From Solirubrobacterales bacterium (GTDB lineage Bacteria; Actinomycetota; Thermoleophilia; Solirubrobacterales; 70-9), in contig DASYLY010000091.1 in NCBI GenBank assembly GCA_036009365.1, positions 556-64,555 on the forward strand: a stretch of DNA of 64,000 bases. The letters run 5' to 3'. This document shows, in pieces, positions 59,654-64,000 of the stretch; position 1 is the first letter of the stretch, and every line of letters starts with the position of its first letter. The notes beneath the pieces were generated by a model, which saw nothing but the letters and a program-made list of their open reading frames with translations, ran no database searches and was not told the origin of the DNA. The translations under genes and the position numbers were made by a program.

Positions 59654-61195
59654 CTACTCCTCGACCTGCTCCTCGACTTTGCCGCCCGGCATCGCGACCA
59701 GGGCGACGACGAAGGCGACCGCCATCGCCGCCGCCATCCCGTAGAAGACGGTCTGGGTGGCGAGGGCGAAGTCGTGGGGGACGGTGGCGAAGAGCTTGGC
59801 GGCGCCGCTGCCGGCGCCTTGGGCGACGCTTTCGCAGCCGGAGGCCGAGCCGCCGCTGATGCAGGCGGCCACTTCGTCGGCCTGCGCCTTCGGCACGCCC
59901 TGGGCACCGAGACTGGCCTCCAGGTTCGACTTGTTCTCGAGGATGAGGATCGAGCCGAGGACGGCGAGGCCGAGGCTGGAGCCGAAGTTCCGCACCGTCT
60001 GGGTTATCCCGGTTGCCTCGCCGTAGCGGCTTTTCGGCACCCGGTTGAGGGCGTCGGTGTTGGCCGGGCTGAGGACTAGGCCGACGCCGGCGCCGGCGAG
60101 GACGATGTAGGGCCACTGGGAATCGACGGAGAGGTCGGTCATCTTCTTCGCCCAGAGGTAGAAGCCGACGGCGGCGACCGCGCAGCCGAGCACGACCGAT
60201 GGGCGGGCCCCGACCCTGTCGAGGATTTTGCCGCCGTACTGCGAGGCGACGGCGAAGCCGGCGAAGAAGATCAGCAGGTAGAGCCCCGTTTCCGAGGCGC
60301 TTTCGCCGAGCGAGATCTGCGCGTACATGCTGGCGAAGAAGAACAGCGGCACGAAGGCGATCATCAGCAAGAAGAGGACGGCGTTGTCGACCGCGAAGGC
60401 GCGGTCCTGGAAGATGCGGATTTGCAGCAGCGGGTTGGCGACGCGCAGCTCGAAGACGACGAAGGCGCCGATCAAGGCCAGGCCGGCGGCGATGCAGATC
60501 CAGGTCGCGGCGCCGCCCCAGCCCCAGACGCTTGACTGCTGCAGCCCCAGCACGGCCAGGCCCATGCCGCCGGAGATCAGCACGGTGCCGCGGTAGTCGA
60601 GTGGCGCCGGGTGCTTCTCGTTGTCGGGCTTGGCTTTGGCGGTGAGAATCAGGGCGATGATCGCGACTGGGATGTTGACCCAGAAGATCGCCCGCCAGGT
60701 CCACTCGGTCAGGTAGCCGCCGGCGAGCGGGCCGACCGAGGTGAGGCCGCCGGCAGCGGCGAAGAAGATCGCCATCGCGCGACCGCGCTCGCGCAGCGGG
60801 AAGGCGTTGAGGACGATCGCCAGCGCGGCCGGGAACATGATCGCGGCGCCGGCGCCCTGGATGATCCGGAAGACGATCAGCCAGATCTCGTCGAGCGAGC
60901 CGGTCGGGGTGAGGCCGCACATCGCCGAGGCGGTGGCGAAGACGACCACGCCGATTACAACCATGCGGCGGTGGCCGGCGATGTCGGCAAGGCGCCCGCC
61001 GAAGGCGAACAGCGCCGAGAGCGAGAGCAGGTAGCCGTTGATGATCCACTGCACCCCGGTCGAGGAGAGCGAGAGGTCTTCCTGGATGCTGGGGATGGCG
61101 ATCGCGACGATCGTCTGGTCGATGAAGGTCATCGAGACCGCGAAGATCATCGCCGCCAGGATCAGCTTGCTGCTCTTGCCGTCGTTGGAGCTCAT
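59654..61195 (-). CDS. MFS transporter, DHA2 family (second copy)
   Basis: 513 aa, IPSIQEDL, GGRLADIAGHRR, 14 TM-like segments. Confidence 0.85.
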   Translation of the reverse strand: MSSNDGKSSKLILAAMIFAVSMTFIDQTIVAIAIPSIQEDLSLSSTGVQWIINGYLLSLSALFAFGGRLADIAGHRRMVVIGVVVFATASAMCGLTPTGSLDEIWLIVFRIIQGAGAAIMFPAALAIVLNAFPLRERGRAMAIFFAAAGGLTSVGPLAGGYLTEWTWRAIFWVNIPVAIIALILTAKAKPDNEKHPAPLDYRGTVLISGGMGLAVLGLQQSSVWGWGGAATWICIAAGLALIGAFVVFELRVANPLLQIRIFQDRAFAVDNAVLFLLMIAFVPLFFFASMYAQISLGESASETGLYLLIFFAGFAVASQYGGKILDRVGARPSVVLGCAVAAVGFYLWAKKMTDLSVDSQWPYIVLAGAGVGLVLSPANTDALNRVPKSRYGEATGITQTVRNFGSSLGLAVLGSILILENKSNLEASLGAQGVPKAQADEVAACISGGSASGCESVAQGAGSGAAKLFATVPHDFALATQTVFYGMAAAMAVAFVVALVAMPGGKVEEQVEE

Positions 61196-61298
61196 GGACG
61201 AGGAGTTTGTTCAGAACGACTCGTCTCCTGCAAGTGCAAGAGGACGAAAAGGCGCCTCCCGTCCTGCTGCCCCAGGCGTTCGGTATTGTCGCGCCCGC

Positions 61299-61472
61299 AT
61301 GCCTCCCGTCTTCTGGATCGGCCTCGGAATCGCTGGCTTCATCTTCCTCGTCGGCGCCATCACCGGCGCCCGTTCGCGCACAGCCAGTCTCGGCAGCGGC
61401 GCCGCGATGGGGGCCTACCTCGGCGTAATGGCGGCCTTCCCGCTGCTGGCCGTCGGCCTCGCCACCAGCTGA
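61299..61472 (+). CDS. 57-aa two-TM peptide (hypothetical)
   Basis: MPPVFWIGLGIAGFIFLVGAITGA...MGAYLGVMAAFPLLAVGLA. Weak support only. Confidence 0.35.
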   Translation: MPPVFWIGLGIAGFIFLVGAITGARSRTASLGSGAAMGAYLGVMAAFPLLAVGLATS

Positions 61473-61494
61473 CCCGCGCCGTCCCCTTCCGCCG

Positions 61495-62295
61495 ATGAGC
61501 CGGAAACCCACGCATATCGTGGGAAATCGGCCCGTCGATCCTGTCGTCGACCGCAGGACGATGCGCAAGCGCGGTGTGCTGGCCGTCGCCGGCGACGGTG
61601 GCGCGACCGTCCTCGCTCGTGCCGAGGGGGCGACGGCGCAACGCCTGCGGCGCATCAACGCGATCTCCGCCACCGCCTTCATCCTCGGTGGCTCGCTGTT
61701 TGCGCTGGGGGCGGCGCTGTCGCAGGGCGACGTCGGCGGGCCGTACTTGTGCGCGGCGGTCTTCCTCGCCGGCGGCGTCTTCTTCACCACCGGCGCCTAC
61801 GCGGCGCTGCTGCAGGTCGCCAACGCGCCCCGCGGCGCCGACCCCGACGGCCTCCTGCGCACCGCCCCCTGGCGCTGGTGGTCGCTGGAGCCCGGCCGGC
61901 TCGACTGGTCGAGCGCCGTCACCCTCTTCGTCGGCACCCTGTTCTTCGCCGTCAGCCTGCTCAGCGCCCTGATCGGCGACCTCACCGTCGCCCAGGAGCA
62001 TCGCCTGGTCTGGTCGCCGGAAGTTGTCGGCTGCGTCCTCTTCCTCGTCTCCGGCCACCTCGCCCTGACCGAGCTTCACCACGACCGCCCGCGCGGGCGG
62101 CGGCTCGACCTCGGCTACTGGATCGTCGTCGTCAACCAGCTTGGCTCGGTCCTCTTCATGGTCGCCGCGGTGGCGGCCTTCGTGCGCCCCGAGACCGGCG
62201 ATGCGCTCGCCGTCGGCATTGCCAACTGGGGCACTCTGACCGGTGCCCTCTGCTTCGCCATCGCCGGTGTCATGCAGGAGTTCGAGCGCCCCTGA
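61495..62295 (+). CDS. hypothetical polytopic membrane protein (YrhK-like)
   Basis: About 6 hydrophobic helices. I recognise no catalytic motif. Confidence 0.55.
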   Translation: MSRKPTHIVGNRPVDPVVDRRTMRKRGVLAVAGDGGATVLARAEGATAQRLRRINAISATAFILGGSLFALGAALSQGDVGGPYLCAAVFLAGGVFFTTGAYAALLQVANAPRGADPDGLLRTAPWRWWSLEPGRLDWSSAVTLFVGTLFFAVSLLSALIGDLTVAQEHRLVWSPEVVGCVLFLVSGHLALTELHHDRPRGRRLDLGYWIVVVNQLGSVLFMVAAVAAFVRPETGDALAVGIANWGTLTGALCFAIAGVMQEFERP

Positions 62296-62359
62296 GGGCC
62301 GTCGACGGCACGTCGACCGTGGGGTTCGTCACGGTAGGGCGGCTGGCGGGGGTGGGAGG

Positions 62360-63373
62360 ATGCACCCGATGAGCGCTGCCGAGCGGGCCGATGCACCGCG
62401 CACCGAAAAGACCCTGCCGGGGGTATGGCGCCTGCGCCTGCCGCTGCCCTGGCCCGGCGTTCCTCATGGCAATGCCTGGGCTGTAGCCGCCGACGACGGC
62501 ATCGTTCTCTTCGACACCGGGATGGGCGGCAAGGGGCGGCTGCGCCAGCTCGACCTCGCCCTCGCCCAGGCCGACTTCGGGCTCGAAGACGTGCGCCTCG
62601 TCGTCTGCACCCACTCCCACACCGACCACTACGGTCTTGCCGCCTCGATCTGCGAGAAGGCCGGCTGCGAGCTCTGGATGCATCCGCGCTGGGGCCACGT
62701 GCGGCTGATGGCGGATGACCCGGCGGCGGCTCTGGAGCACCGGATCGAGGTGGCGCGGCAGAGCGGCGTCCCCGCTCGAGCGCTGGAGCGCTACCGGGAG
62801 ATGCGCGAAGGCGACGAAGAGACCGGGATCGACGCGATCCGCGAGCCCGACCGCGAGCTGCTGCCCGGGGCCGAGGTCGAGACCGACCTCGGCAACTGGC
62901 AGGTCTACGAGACCCCGGGCCACGCCCCCTCGCACGTCGTCCTGCACCAGCCCGAGCGCAAGCTGCTGATCTCCGGCGACCACCTGCTCGGCCGGGTGGT
63001 GTTGTTCTTCGACTACGGCCACTCGCCCGACCCGGTCGGCGAATTCAGCCGCAGCCTCGACACGGTCGAGCCGCTCGTCGTCGACCGCGTCATCCCCGGC
63101 CACGGCCGGCCCTTCCGCGACCCCGAGGTGAAGATCGCCGAGGCGCGGCGCCAGGTTGACGAGCTGCTGGGCAAAGTCCGGCGCTCCCTCGGCGAGGGCG
63201 AGAAGCCCGCCTTCGACGTCGTCGCCGACATCCTCGGCGAGGAGAACGTCAACACTCCGGCCAGCGCCTGGGCCCTGCAGATCGTCCTCTCCTGCCTCGA
63301 CCACATGGCGCTGGAAGGCGAGGCGACCGTGGTCGCGGACACCGACCCCCAGCGCTGGCGGCTGGGCGCGTGA
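62360..63373 (+). CDS. MBL-fold metallo-hydrolase
   Basis: THSHTDHYG (HxHxDH), later GH and HG ligand contexts. Alternative ATG at 62369, 9 nt after GGGAGG. Confidence 0.8.
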   Translation: MHPMSAAERADAPRTEKTLPGVWRLRLPLPWPGVPHGNAWAVAADDGIVLFDTGMGGKGRLRQLDLALAQADFGLEDVRLVVCTHSHTDHYGLAASICEKAGCELWMHPRWGHVRLMADDPAAALEHRIEVARQSGVPARALERYREMREGDEETGIDAIREPDRELLPGAEVETDLGNWQVYETPGHAPSHVVLHQPERKLLISGDHLLGRVVLFFDYGHSPDPVGEFSRSLDTVEPLVVDRVIPGHGRPFRDPEVKIAEARRQVDELLGKVRRSLGEGEKPAFDVVADILGEENVNTPASAWALQIVLSCLDHMALEGEATVVADTDPQRWRLGA

Positions 63374-63388
63374 GTAGCCTCTCCCGTC

Positions 63389-63832
63389 ATGGCTAGCTTC
63401 AGGCTTGAAAAGCAGGTGGCGGCGCCGCCGGAGACCGTCTTCGGCGTGCTCACCGACCACCGCGGGTACGCGAAGCTGACGTTGTTGCGCCGCTCGGTCT
63501 TGGAGCGGGAGGGGGAGCCGGCGCCGAACGGGGTCGGAGCGATCCGCAGGCTCAGCCTCGCCGGGCCACCGCTGCGCGAGGAAGTGCTCGCCTACGAGCC
63601 GTCGACCCGCTTCTCCTACAAGGTGCTCTCCGGGCTGCCGGTCCGCGACCACGTCGGCACGGTCAGCCTCGAGCCGCGGGACGGCGGCACCAAGGTCGTC
63701 TACACGGTGCGGACGATCCCGACCGTGCCGCTCGGCGGCTTCGCGGTCGCCGCCGCGTTGAAGCTGGGGGTCTCGCAGCTGCTGTCGGGCATCGTCAAAG
63801 AGTCCGAGCGTCTCGCCGCCCTCGATGGCTGA
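63389..63832 (+). CDS. SRPBCC family protein
   Basis: FRLEKQVAAPPETVFGVLTDHRGY.. is a START-like N-terminus. Confidence 0.7.
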   Translation: MASFRLEKQVAAPPETVFGVLTDHRGYAKLTLLRRSVLEREGEPAPNGVGAIRRLSLAGPPLREEVLAYEPSTRFSYKVLSGLPVRDHVGTVSLEPRDGGTKVVYTVRTIPTVPLGGFAVAAALKLGVSQLLSGIVKESERLAALDG

Positions 63833-64000
63833 GGGCGGGCCCAAGGCCCGCCTCTCGACCGCCTGGGCCCTCCTGCGCGACCCGAAGCGGCTCTGGCGCG
63901 AGCACCGGCGGCTGGTGATCGCCGCCGCGATCACCCTCGTCCTCGTCGCCGTCGGCGCGGTCGTCGCCTACGACTCGCTGAAACGGCCGGCCGACGTCCA
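63825..64000 (+). CDS. hypothetical membrane-anchored protein, N-terminal fragment (3' end outside window)
   Basis: ATG overlaps the upstream stop (ATGGCTGA). One TM (LVIAAAITLVLVAVGAVVA). Confidence 0.4.
   Translation, partial: MAEGGPKARLSTAWALLRDPKRLWREHRRLVIAAAITLVLVAVGAVVAYDSLKRPADV

Noticed and set aside
54391-63934. Long antisense ORFs 54391-56454, 57419-59113, 58069-59859, 59631-61790 and 62270-63934
   Set aside because: Each lies opposite or out of frame to a gene with clear membrane-transporter, acyltransferase or MBL motifs. The products are Arg/Pro/Gly-rich.

Overview
64 kb of a high-GC chromosome. Three lines counted by hand gave 75% GC for a typical housekeeping line and 45-60% inside the island described below. 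The style looks like Actinomycetota: frequent GTG/TTG starts, 4-nt start/stop overlaps, and a leaderless-type promoter. I could not run a similarity search, so every call rests on motifs I recognise in the supplied translations and on repeats read directly in the DNA. Layout: (i) 1-9.1 kb is a rhamnose-linked cell-envelope glycan cluster: rfbB fragment, rfbC, three methyltransferases, a GT2, a priming sugar-phosphate transferase, a Wzy/O-antigen-ligase-like protein with a TPR tail, a Ser/Gly-rich anchored protein and a secreted clan GH-A hydrolase. (ii) 9.1-15.6 kb holds the lhr helicase, a mazEF-type TA pair, a Crp/Fnr regulator and pcm. (iii) 15.6-19.4 kb holds two tandem paralogous RTX-like Ca-binding repeat proteins with Sec signals. 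(iv) 19.5-42.3 kb is a housekeeping/accessory mix: ASCH, SRPBCC, CIRCE-groES-groEL, GH26-like, SDR, S8 protease, fdxA, mrp, a large unknown secreted protein, cyclophilin, PadR + carotenoid oxygenase, a K+ channel, two tRNA-Ser, MFS, a GULO-type oxidase, a PLP enzyme, pyk, crotonase and a thioesterase. (v) 42.3-53.2 kb is the most interesting part. It is a tRNA-Arg(ACG) integration hot spot carrying a serial array of integrated elements, delimited by a perfect 41-bp repeat of the tRNA 3' half plus a degenerate internal copy. GC is lower here and the cargo is defence-type: a frameshifted tyrosine integrase, an m5C R-M system with Vsr, a 451-aa protein with an RNxxxH HEPN-like motif, a wHTH + degenerate 2H-phosphoesterase pair, an AbiE-like wHTH + nucleotidyltransferase pair, and XRE/RHH remnants. 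(vi) 53.2-64 kb holds a lipoprotein, an SGNH hydrolase, an acyltransferase-3/SGNH O-acyltransferase, a cupin, two DHA2 MFS pumps flanking a metallophosphoesterase, an MBL hydrolase and an SRPBCC protein. I saw no rRNA, CRISPR array or IS transposase. Most long ORFs antisense to the called genes are high-GC shadow ORFs.
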